A stretch of 64,000 bases of DNA from an uncultured Nitrososphaeraceae archaeon. GTDB taxonomy: Archaea > Thermoproteota > Nitrososphaeria > Nitrososphaerales > Nitrososphaeraceae. The stretch lies in the NCBI GenBank assembly GCA_963825865.1, contig CAWGVG010000010.1:31683-95682 (forward strand), in the 5' to 3' direction. The position numbers were made by a program, and so were the translations under genes. The notes under the pieces were generated by a model, which was given only the letters and a program-made list of their open reading frames with translations, had not been told where the DNA came from and searched no databases. Of the stretch, positions 34,478 through 45,428 are shown one piece after another (position 1 is the first letter of the stretch; each line of letters starts with the position of its first letter).

Positions 34478-36350
34478 ATGACCCCTGGGGACAACAACAT
34501 ATTAAGAACAATCCCTCAGGAAAAAGATTATCCTCTTGATCCAAATACAATTCCAGTACCACCATCATCCCAGCAGCCAAGACCGCAGGTAACATTATCC
34601 GAATTAATTCCGGGAAATATGTCTCTACTAGCGCAAGAGTAGTTTATCTAAAGACTATTGAAAGACAGGATGCTCTTGGAAGCAAGATGCTATTTTCTGG
34701 AATATTAGAGGATTCTACTTTTAAAGTTCCTTTTATCAGCCACAGGATTTCATATCCTTTGATAAGGAACTCTGTCTACAAATTTGACTCGGCTTATGTA
34801 CATGAATTTTCGTCCTCAGATAAATCGCTTTTACTAGTAATAACAGAGCATACAAAAATAGACTCCAAGAATATTGACGATTACAGGGAATTTATTTGGA
34901 GCCCAAAGATAGAATCGATAAAGAGGCCAGTTAGAAACCTTACTTTGCAGGGATTAATCACAACAGTACATAGTAATTCTGGACTGGTCAAAAGATGTAA
35001 CAAATGCAAATCAATAATCTATGATTCATGTCCCAATAAATGTCCTCAAGAGGAGGGTTGGGGCTGGGACCTCAGAGTGTCCTCAAGGCTCTACGATGGT
35101 TCAGGGTCAATAAAGATGGTTTTGACAAAGGATATAGCATCAAAAGTGTTGCACATGAATTTAGCAGAGTTAATTTTACTTGCAACAACAACAACAGCGT
35201 AGTAGTAATGTTCCAGCCCAAAGCTACAGCAACGACCAACACCATCACCAATTTCAACCACCATCTGTATTTACAATAAAGATTCCTGATAGCATCGATA
35301 TAATAGAGGCAGTAACAGAGGACAATATTTTGTCGTCCTCTTATAGGAGCAGCGAAAAGCTCATAGTAACTGATGGACGAAACCTTGTCTATTTCCCACA
35401 AAATGAGGAGAATGAGCAAAAGTTCTCAGAATCATTCAAGAGACCATTAAAGACCTCTGATGTGAGGATAAAAAAATAATCAAAAGGCTGATTGAAAAAG
35501 CAGTCGATATCAACATCAGAAAAGTTACTGGCAAAAGGATGATGCAGGGGATTTATCTCCTTGAGGAACCTATTTCCCTTTATAGATGTGAAAGGGCGAA
35601 ATTATACCTTGGATTTTCAGTCAGGCTGAATATAAAAGAAAAGGAAAAAGAACAACAAGATAACGCAGCAACTGTAACAACGACTGCTGCTGTAATTGAA
35701 ACAACTCCACAAGCCTACGTAAGAGAAAGCGTGCTTGATTATATTAAAATGAGAAGGGAGCGTGGTGCATCTGCAAATGCCATTATACGTAACTTGTTAA
35801 CATATAGAAATAAGGTGGTTGTGGCCCCATCTGGAAACTATGGTAGTATTGTTGATGTAATCATAAGAAAGGCAGAAACCCAACTCGTTTCAGACACCGA
35901 CAAGAGAAACTTGGTAGAATTCTGGAAGCAGATATATGATATTGACATATCAGCTGATGAAATTCCACTACTAAAAGTAAAGATGATGAATTCTGAAAAT
36001 ATCTTTACCTACCCTCCCAAGTATGTGCTTTTTTGGGAGCGAATCTTTACTTATTCAAGCAGACGTTCAAAAATTCATTGAGAGCAAAAAGTCCACACTC
36101 AAAGCAAGAATGGATGATAGTTATCAAAAAGGCAATAGTAACACAAGATTTGGCTATAGGACCTACAAAACTAGAATTTGAAGAGGAACAGAATGGTTCA
36201 CAAGGGCAGCGGCAGCCAGGTGACATTCAAAGCCACATTCTGCAAGAAATAAGACAGAAATTATTTGGGAGGAACGTTACAGCTAGAGGTTCGATCATGT
36301 TTGTTCATGATGAGCTTTGGTTCTTTCCATACCAATTGCAGCTTTCATAG
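34478..36350 (+). CDS. RPA-like multi-OB/Zn-finger ssDNA-binding protein with an inserted Argonaute N-L1-PAZ-like region (one gene reconstructed across about five apparent indels)
   Basis: OB motifs SGILEDSTFKVPF and LQGLITTVHSNSGLVKRCNKC...C...C...DLRVSSRLYDGSGSI. Insert has TDGRNLVY, LYLGFSVRL, ESVLDYI and NLVEFWKQIYDIDI...PLLKV...YPPSMC. OB completion IRQKLFGRNVTARG. Confidence 0.75.
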
Positions 36351-36353
36351 AAT

Positions 36354-37215
36354 GTGAGTGGTGATGAGGTAAGAATGAGCATTTATACAATCAATGAACC
36401 AAGTAATAACAATAATCAAATCTCATTTGAAATGCATTCGGCCTTAGAGCAATTCAATGATCACAGAAATACTTTAAAGATGACCACAGGATCGGCCGAC
36501 CTTGACTCGTTAATAGATGGTATACAAGAAGGGTTGTTCTATCTATTTTATGGCAACAACAACTATGCGGTACAGGATTCCCTTGTATACAGATTCCTTG
36601 TTAACTGTGTACTGCCAATAAAACAAAAACATGGTTTTGAATCAATGGGCGTTTGTTTTAATAATGCAGATTATTACAATAGTAGAAAGACATCTCTTAG
36701 CCCAGAAAAGTTAGGAGTTGCAGCAAAATGTGCTAGCATAGATCCAAAGATTGTTTTTAAGAACTTGTACATCCATACCGCATATAATGAAGCAGCAACA
36801 GCTATTAGTTGCAGAACAGGTTGCTGACCTAATAGAATCTAACAAGGACATCAAGCTGCTAGTAGTTAATAGATTAACAAGATTTTTCAAAGAATCAAAA
36901 AAGAAAATGGAAACTGCCAATGTCTTGAAGCAGGTTGTAGGAATAATTTGCAAGGCTTGTGCTAAGGGTAAAGTAGCACTAGTATGCACTGGTGATTCAA
37001 ATTTGACAAGCAAAGGTGTAATACCAAGGCCAATAGGTGGAATATACCTAAAACATGCGGCAAATGTGATTGTACATATTAAAGAATATCCTAACAGCAC
37101 TGCTGCCATTCCTTCATTTAAGGCAACATTGGTTAAACACCAGTATATGAAAACTCCAAAATCAGCAGTTCTTTACCTTAGAAAGTTTAGTGGAGGAATG
37201 ACACTTTTAGATTGA
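36354..37215 (+). CDS. RadA-like protein with degenerate Walker A/B, probably inactive (indel near 36790)
   Basis: MTTGSADLDSLIDGIQEG and PIGGIYLKHAANVIVHI...ATLVKH are retained. Walker A reads YGNNNYAVQD and Walker B reads LLVVNR. Confidence 0.8.
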
Positions 37216-37252
37216 ATTCTGAACCAAAAAAATTGATAGGTGGTGTTGATAT

Positions 37253-37625
37253 ATAGGCAGAATAACGCCATCATTTCGTCAACTATATGAGGAAACAATA
37301 TCAGAGCTAAGAACAGAGCTGCAGGCAGCACTTGTAGATTTAGGTCACAAGAGTGCATTTGACTTGCTGTTAAAGGAAGCCTGGAATCCAGAACAGGCTC
37401 GCTATGGGCAATTCTACCTTACCCACGGTTAGTGACAAACTAAATGTCATGGCATCAATACACAACAGAAAGCTTATTGCAGTATTGGCAAAGGAATTGA
37501 AGGAAAAGGATGTTGGGATAGAGGAACTCAAGCAGAATATCGCTTCACTTCAGGATAAATTAAATGAAATATACATTGAAATGAAACCCAAGGGAGACAA
37601 GCAACTACCCCAACAGCAACAGTAG
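37253..37625 (+). CDS. PolB2-associated small helical protein (arCOG07300-like), copy 1, with coiled-coil tail
   Basis: Hand translation (I)GRITPSFRQLYEETISELRTELQAALVDLGHKSAFDLLLKEAWNPEQA, joining ORF 37404..37625 through one indel. Similar to 40239..40505. Confidence 0.7.
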
Positions 37626-37656
37626 TAGGAATAATTGGAGCCATAATATAATAACA

Positions 37657-40104
37657 ATGTCAAGTTGTACCGGCTGGCTCTTTGATATTTCTATAGAACA
37701 TAATCAAGCTGTCCTGTGGATAAAAACTATCGATAGACAGATCCTTAAGCTAATAGACACTTATCAGCCAAGGTTCTACATATTACCCAGAAATGAATCT
37801 GATGGATTACATCTTTTCCAAGTATTATCTCAACAAACCATAGTGGCCAAAGTTAGATGGGAGGAGGACAAGCTTACAAATCTTTTTGATCATGATTATA
37901 CTACAACAAAAAAGAAAAAACTAATTTGTGTTTACCCCCAATCCACACAGTATTATGTACCCATTCTAAAAATATTAGAAAAAGACCATAGAGTAAAGCA
38001 ATTGTTCAATACAGATCTCTCACATATCCAGCAATATTTGTTTACCAGATTGAGAATTGAACCTACAAGTAAAGTTGAAGTGGAGTATGAGGGTACTACG
38101 ATAATTAGAATAAGCAAAATTGATGACGAACAAGAGGTATCTCCACCTCCCTTTTCTTTACTATATATTGACGTTGAAACATTTTCAGGAAAATTTACTT
38201 TTGATGATCCGATTAGAATGATAAAGACTAGGTATGAAATTGGTGATGAAAAGGAGAATAGAGAACATGTTTCATTCCAAAGCAATGAGGAAAATATCAT
38301 CCTTCAGGATTTCTCTAATTACGTGCTTGCTAAAGATCCCGACATCGTTGTTTGCGTGAGAGAGTCTGAGAGTAAAATATTTCATTACCTCTTTACACGA
38401 ATAAAGAAACTTGGGCTTAACTTGCAACTTGGGCGAGAGGTCCCATCAGAGGATCTCGTGAGTTTAAAGCGCCCAGTGTCAGAGTGGATCAGAGGTAGAA
38501 TTTGCATTGAAAGCAGTGATGGTAGTGGTGGGATTAATAGACAACAACAACAACACTCAACATTTGATAGTTTTGGGCTTGCAGGATTAATAGAAAGATC
38601 AAAGTTCGGTTTTGTTCCTTTGAGAATAGCTGCAAGATACGGTATAAACCGTCTAATAGATAGCAGGAATTGTTATGAATTAATCCAGAGAGGCTTTGTT
38701 ATTTCAAAGAATAATCATTCTGGTGGAAGCAAGAACAATAACGATAACAATCATGAACGAATCAGGACCTTAGAGGAACTGGTTTCAAGGGATAAGGGCG
38801 GTATGATAATATCTCCTCAGGTTGGCTTGCATGAAAATGTTGTATCACTAGATTATGACAGCGAATACGCAAATCTAATAGTGAATCATAACTTGAGCTA
38901 TGAAACTGTTACCTTACAAGATGGAGGAGTAGTCCTACAACAATTCAATGACAACAAAAAAGGCTTGTTGCCTACCGTTGTAGAGAAATTTCTCAAAAGA
39001 CGGCTCTATTTCAAGAGATTATTAAAAGAACTACCAAAGGAGAGCATGGAGTCTCTCTGTTGCGAACAGCGTGTCAATTCATTAAAGAACATACTAGTTT
39101 GTCTTTATGGTGCAACTGGTTCTCTCTGGAATAGATATGGTAATGTGCTTGCTTTTGAGGAAATAAACAAAATATCTAGGGAAATATTGATAAAAACAAA
39201 GGATATTGTTCAGCAGTTAGGCTATGAGCTGGTATATGCAGATACAGACTCTGTATTTATTAAAAGGAAAGATGCTGCGATAACCACTGTAATGCAACGA
39301 CAATAAGCCGATCATGAACAAGTTGTAGATATATTATCCAAAGAAACAGGCCTTTCAATATCTGTCGATTATAATTACAAGTTTTTGGTGCTATTGCCTA
39401 TTGAAGCTGATGAAAATATAGAGGCATTAAAGCACTACTATGGAATTACACAACAAGGCGAGTTAGTTGTCAGGGGTATAGAAATTAGGAGACACGATAT
39501 TCCAAACTTTATAAAACAATTTCAAACTGAATTACTATACACACTTTTTAATTGCAAAGATTCAGCTGAGGTAGTAAGCAAAGGATATGAAAATTGTCTT
39601 TTATTGGTTACCAAAGCAATAGATAAAATAATGACAGGTGAAGGCGTTCACCAAGAGGATCTTGTAATCTCTAAATTACTTGGACAGGATATACAAAAGT
39701 ACAAGAGTTTATTTCCCCATGTCTCTGCTGCTATTCAATTATTAAACAATAAAGGAGGAGGGGGTAAATATCCAACAAAAGGCGACACTATCCGATATAT
39801 TTATACAAATTCACAACACAACAACCCCCTTTGCAGAGTTGTACCTTTAGAGATTTTACAAAAAGGAGAAAAAGACGGTAAGGAGAATGGTAAAACTCTG
39901 AATTATGATAAGGAAAAATATAGGGAAATGATACTTGATGCTGCAGAAACTGTTCTAGGTTATTTCGGCTTTAATAGGACTGTTTATGAAAATCCTAGGA
40001 ATAATAGAACGAAAAAAAAGAAATGGTATGATGAATTGCAGGGAGAAAGAACAAAAGATATCCAGACAGAGAGAATGATGGAAAACAATAAAGCGTACAT
40101 TTAA
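37657..40104 (+). CDS. polB2: Family B DNA polymerase, PolB2-like (apparent indel near 39300)
   Basis: DKGGMIISPQVGLHENVVSLDYDSEYAN (motif A), KNILVCLYG (B), YADTDS (C), KHYYG, VRGIEIRRHD, YDKEKY. Confidence 0.9.
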
Positions 40105-40238
40105 TCAAATTATACCTTTTACAGGGATCAGCACAACCAAAACCATATCATTGAGTTGCAGAAACTAGTTGTACATCTCCTACAATAATCTACGAATCCG
40201 TATTATGCGCATGTAGAGAGACTAATAATAATAATGAC

Positions 40239-40505
40239 TCAGAGATGGTCTTTTTTTGTGTTTGCTTCTATTTGTTTAGCAATCATTCTAAGTTGTTCGT
40301 AGTGATGAAAGATAATGGACATAAAAATTGGATTTATCCTTATAGGATTAGCAGCATAAGAGCAAGCAGAATTATACAAATGTGCAATATCAAACATGTT
40401 GTCGAACACCTTTCTGTCTGATTTATTCAAACTTTTGCGAAATACTTTCCATTCCTTTTGTTCCATCATGCTAGCTATTCGAAATGAAGGAATAGTTCTG
40501 CCCAT
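40239..40505 (-). CDS. PolB2-associated small helical protein (arCOG07300-like), copy 2
   Basis: MGRTIPSFR...EWKVFRKSL..SDRKVFDNMF...P..I.MSI pattern. Confidence 0.8.
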   Translation of the reverse strand: MGRTIPSFRIASMMEQKEWKVFRKSLNKSDRKVFDNMFDIAHLYNSACSYAANPIRINPIFMSIIFHHYEQLRMIAKQIEANTKKDHL

Positions 40506-41054
40506 ATGTTAAAGACCTGTTTGATGAAAGCTGTATAGCAGCTAATAAATCAGGCACACAGCGATTAAAACAATCGTATATTTACTCATCAATAACACAT
40601 TATTTATGCTAATAATAATAAATTACCTTGTAGGCTCAGCAAGATTCCTTTGCTCCTTATTCAGAAATAAAGTTCCTCTCACCTACACTACGAGGTTTCT
40701 CTGCATACTAGCAAGATATTTCGTAAGTCTTACCCTACTACATATCCTGTTCGCACACAGATATACTCATTTACCTTTGCGCACTTATTAGCATTTGATA
40801 AGCGATTTCTAACATCAACATTCATTGTTCAGATGCTGTAGATCCTAGGTTATAGATTTTTGTTTGAACAGTTTAAATTTAAAAAGTAGATATTTGTATA
40901 TAAGATAGAGATTTCTATTTCTATAATCTATCTATGAAAACACAAGGTAGTATGAAATTATCTGTATTCTTAATGTTTAATGCATATTAAACAGTATTGT
41001 AGATTAATAAAATACAAACTCTTTTTAATTTTATTGTATTGGTAATCCATATAC

Positions 41055-41315
41055 ATGACAGAATCATCATCAACAACAACAAAGCATGAAACCACTAGAC
41101 TAGAAAATTCTACCTTTAATATTCTAATAGCACTTGGAAAAGAAGCCCAATTTTTGTATTCTACTATTGATACCTACACAAGTGATGCTCAAAAGGCTAA
41201 CAGATCAGATTTGGTAAATATGTGGAATACAATAAAACAGGATAGACAAAAGCATATGCAGATGTTAAGACAGGCTCTGGAAAAAGAAGCAAAGGAAGAA
41301 AAGCTGAGTAAATAA
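41055..41315 (+). CDS. Small ferritin-like helical protein
   Basis: LGKEAQFLY..IDTY..DA...WNTIKQDRQKHMQML. Confidence 0.6.
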   Translation: MTESSSTTTKHETTRLENSTFNILIALGKEAQFLYSTIDTYTSDAQKANRSDLVNMWNTIKQDRQKHMQMLRQALEKEAKEEKLSK

Positions 41316-41444
41316 TAAATAATATAAACACTCAGCATCATGCAAACAAGAGAATAAAAAGTAAAAATTTCCATTATTTTTGCCTGTTAGTAAAACCACA
41401 CTTTTTACATTAAGTCAAAAAACAGAGATTCAACTTATTCAGTA

Positions 41445-42530
41445 GTGGTGGTCAAGAGTTATGTGAGTAATTCTATGGTAAGAAAGGTTCAGTCAAAGTT
41501 TTTAAAGTCTGTACGTAATGAAGTAGTATACAACTTGGGAAAACTTACTTCATGGCTTTTAAAAACACCAGAAGGAGTAGTGATTACATTAGACAAATGC
41601 ATATTGTTTCCTTTAAAAATTATTTATTTAGGTGTGAGAGTTTCTTTAAGAATATTTTTAGGCAAGAAAAGAAGGAATCAATCATATATTGTACAAAAAC
41701 TACGATATATTAGCAATTATTTTAGTCCTTCATTTTCCTTGTTTAGCTATTTGTATAAAGTAATCAGGTTTTTAAGGCTGGGCAATCCAAGGCTATTAAA
41801 AATTAATGTCCCAAAATACAACTACAAAGCCTATTGCCCAATTAACAAACATGATTTTATAAATATGACTGCGCGGGAAGATGAAATAATAGAACACTTT
41901 AGCCCCGAAGATGGAGATATAGTCGTAGATGTTGGTGCACACATAGGCCGCTATACAATAATAAGTTCAAAACGTGTTGGCCAAAATGGAAAAGTAGTTG
42001 CTATAGAGCCTGAACCAAGTAATTTTGAAATACTAAATCGCAACATAAAGCTAAATGGATTAACAAATGTTATCCCTTTAAATTATGCAGTAAATTCTAA
42101 ACAAACAAAGCTAAAACTCTACTTGCCAGTTGAAGAATCTGGATTCACCATATACAATACAATAATGGTTAACAGAACAGCATCTGAAGGAAAATTCATA
42201 GAGGTAGATGCTAACACACTAGATAATCTATTATTACAACCACAACAAAATGGAATAAATCATGCAGATATTAACTGGATAAAAATAGATGTTGAAGGAG
42301 CTGAATTTGAAGTATTAAAAGGAGCTACTAGCATATTATCTAAAAGCAAAGATATCGCACTTTTAATAGAAGTTCATAATCTTCATGGCGGTACTAATCT
42401 TTATAGACAGATAGTAGAATTCCTTAACGTATATAATTTCAAAATAGAATTTGAAAATACATATGAAAGTGGAGAGAAGCATGTAATTGTACGAAAAAAT
42501 CTACCTGATTCAAGAGTATGTGACAAATAA
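41445..42530 (+). CDS. FkbM-family methyltransferase
   Basis: VDVGAHIG, VVAIEP, WIKIDVEGAEFEVLKG. Confidence 0.92.
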   Translation: MVVKSYVSNSMVRKVQSKFLKSVRNEVVYNLGKLTSWLLKTPEGVVITLDKCILFPLKIIYLGVRVSLRIFLGKKRRNQSYIVQKLRYISNYFSPSFSLFSYLYKVIRFLRLGNPRLLKINVPKYNYKAYCPINKHDFINMTAREDEIIEHFSPEDGDIVVDVGAHIGRYTIISSKRVGQNGKVVAIEPEPSNFEILNRNIKLNGLTNVIPLNYAVNSKQTKLKLYLPVEESGFTIYNTIMVNRTASEGKFIEVDANTLDNLLLQPQQNGINHADINWIKIDVEGAEFEVLKGATSILSKSKDIALLIEVHNLHGGTNLYRQIVEFLNVYNFKIEFENTYESGEKHVIVRKNLPDSRVCDK

Positions 42531-42562
42531 TATGTCCTGAAGATAAAATCTAAAATTGTTAA

Positions 42563-43552
42563 TCATTGTTTTCTAAAAACAAGCATTATTGAAGTAAATA
42601 GTATGTTTCTAGCTCTTATAAGTATGACTGGGTGAGTTTTTTTGTAGTCATTATCCAACTTATCCCAATTCGAATCAATAGTGAAAAAATCTATAACTGT
42701 ATCCAAAGTTTTTGTTGTTATTCTCAGATCAAGAGGCTCTACAAGTTTCAGTCTTTCTAATTTATCTATCAAATCAGAATATATTGTTCTTTTATTGAAG
42801 AACTCTGGATGCTCCTTGTCATTGATTATGTATTCTGTAGTTATTACAGCTAATCCACCAGGCTTTAATACTCGTTCTATCTCTCTTAGGCTTCTTAAAG
42901 CACCAGAATGATTCCTTCCACCACCACCAAAATGTTCTATAGATGAAAAGGAAAATGCGATATCAAAACTCTCTGAAGGAAATTCTAGATTAGTACCATC
43001 CATCCTCATTACTGTTAAGGCGTCTTCCTTGTACGGAAAGGGTGCATACTTCTTTGGGTTTTCAGGAAAATCTGATGGTGCTGCTCTTTTCCACCCGTCA
43101 TTTTGTCCATAAAGATCAGTTGCATAAACATGCTTGACCATATTTGCTAGGTAGAACGGGACTGGCTCTGTACCCGCTCCAACGCCTATTGCAGTACTTT
43201 TTTCATTTAATTTACCAAATCTGCGCATAGCAATTATGCCAAGGGCCCATTCCCAATCTTTTCTATGAATAAAACCTTCTAAGCTTAACTTTTGTAGTTC
43301 AGTAAGTGCTTTCTTTATTTCACTATTTTCCCAATCTTCAACATAACACAATCTGTTCAGCTTTGATTGATCATTTGGATTTATCATGTGATAAGGTGAA
43401 GTTCGTTTCAAATAAGACGTAAATTCAAAGGCTTCTTTTTCGTCTAGTTTCCGAGATTTATCTTCTATATATACCCAGTTTTTGGCTTTGAGAATGTCTG
43501 CCATTAATGAAGGATGACGCCTGATAGAGTAGATCTTCGCTTTTAAAGTCAT
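42563..43552 (-). CDS. Class I SAM-dependent methyltransferase
   Basis: HRKDWEW, GVGAGTE, FSFSSIEHFG, RVLKPGG. Confidence 0.9.
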   Translation of the reverse strand: MTLKAKIYSIRRHPSLMADILKAKNWVYIEDKSRKLDEKEAFEFTSYLKRTSPYHMINPNDQSKLNRLCYVEDWENSEIKKALTELQKLSLEGFIHRKDWEWALGIIAMRRFGKLNEKSTAIGVGAGTEPVPFYLANMVKHVYATDLYGQNDGWKRAAPSDFPENPKKYAPFPYKEDALTVMRMDGTNLEFPSESFDIAFSFSSIEHFGGGGRNHSGALRSLREIERVLKPGGLAVITTEYIINDKEHPEFFNKRTIYSDLIDKLERLKLVEPLDLRITTKTLDTVIDFFTIDSNWDKLDNDYKKTHPVILIRARNILFTSIMLVFRKQ

Positions 43553-43815
43553 AATATTCGGTTAAGGATTCGATACAATTATTATTCTTTAACCCTTAAA
43601 ACAGACTAAAAAGACGATAAAAAACTATAATTCTGATTTCTCTTTTACATACACAATTAAAGTTTATTATTATTATTATTATTAGTGGGCCACATTATGA
43701 TATTCCTTTTTTTGAATTCGTTTTTATATGTATATCTTCTATGTTTGAAGCCTAGCTTAAAAAAAAGATAGCTTGTTATTCTTAATAAGCTTGTGTGAAT
43801 TGAAAAAGTATACAC

Positions 43816-44860
43816 ATGTCAAAGGATCTAAGGGTAGTTTTCATAGCCTGGGCCCCTTATAGCCCTAGGTCGAAAAACCTGTCTGAACGTTTAGATGCTC
43901 ATCTTTATCTAATCAGCTACAAATTTAAGAGAAAAATTTATTCGATAATCAAATACCCATTATTATTCGCAAAGACTGTTTATATCTTAAAAGAGAAAAA
44001 CCGGAAATAATATTATGTCAGAGCCCACCTATATTCTGTGCTCTGGCTGCTATGGTATATCAGGTACTTGACTGGGAGGAAAAATAGCACTGTATTAATT
44101 GATGCCCATACACAATCGTTTGACAAGCCTTGGTCATATTTTAAAGCATTGAACAGATTAGCTATGAGAAGAGCATCCACGGTTATAGTTACAAATGTGG
44201 AATTACAAAGTAAAGTTTTACACAATTATGGTATAAACCCGATAATATTGGAAGACAGAATTCCTGATTTTGATAGTCGTCGTCGTCATCAGGATACGAT
44301 GATGTTAGAAAAATTAGCACAAAAGAAAGAGATGATGATGGCGACAATGTTTTTTTCAAGGTTGCTGTCATTTCCTCATTTGCAGCTGATGAACCTTTGG
44401 AAAATGTTCTTGATTCAGCTGAAGATCTATCGGATGTAAAATTTTTCATTACAGGCGATAAATTAAAGGTAGACAAGCAACTTTTAAAGAGGAAGAAATT
44501 AAATAATGTAATTTTTACTGGATTCTTAGATCATGACGTCTATATTTCTTTACTTCGAGATGTTGACACAATAATGGTTCTTACAAAGAGAGATAGGACA
44601 ATGCTTGCAGGTTCCTATGAGGCGCTTGCACTCGAAAAACCTTTGATAACCTCTAACTGGGTTCCCTTAAAACAGTCACTTTAACAAAGGCGCTATTCAT
44701 GTGGATAATTCCACCGAGGAGATCAAACAAGCAATTAAGATAGTACCAAAGAAAAAAAGAGGAATTAGCTAAAGATATGCACCAACTCAAGATTGAAAAG
44801 ATAAATGAATGGGAAGGCAAATTCAAGGACTTTAAGAAGCATTTGACAAGCAATAATTAG
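43816..44860 (+). CDS. GT-B glycosyltransferase, GT4-like (several apparent indels)
   Basis: IDAH, VIVTN, SFAADEP, VIFTGFL and SYEALALEKPLITS across four ORFs. Confidence 0.8.
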
Positions 44861-45428
44861 TAGTAGCGACAAAATATGCTATTACATTGCATAATGGTAT
44901 CTAAAAATAAACACGAAGAATAAGAGGAGGATTAAAATCTTTTATTATGTATATATATTTGTGTCATTAATAACTCACTTTACAAAAAGGTAATGTATTC
45001 TTAAGATCAACCCGTTTGAGCTTTATTTATTATTAATTTCTTTTTAGGCCCACCATGTTGATTTAATCCAATCAAATAAAATTAGCTGCACCGCATGCTA
45101 CAATAAATACAACTTATTGTTTTGATGTACATGCAGTATGATGATGGATAAGAGAAGCAGGAGCAGCAGAAGTTAACGACCACCAAATAATATCAAGAAA
45201 TGCTTATCGTATTTTTGTTTACTCTATAAAATCACCAGAACCAGAGCCAAAGGTTTACGATACTTTATACATTGTAAAAGTAGATGACTGAGACATCTTT
45301 TAGAGTAATATTTGATATGAAAATACTTTATTAATACGCTTAAACACTTTACCATACTACTCTTTATATTTACCAATACTCTTGTTATTTGTTGACAGCG
45401 TACGAAAAATAAGCAAAGGACTACTGTA

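Noticed and set aside
35260-37215. A complete long prokaryotic Argonaute defence system
   Set aside because: No MID motif or PIWI DEDX fold follows the PAZ-like region. The gene ends in an OB-like segment and the next gene is RadA-like.
37657-40104. Casposon, pipolin or viral replication polymerase
   Set aside because: No cas1, TIRs, TPR insertions or capsid genes; motifs and neighbours fit cellular PolB2.
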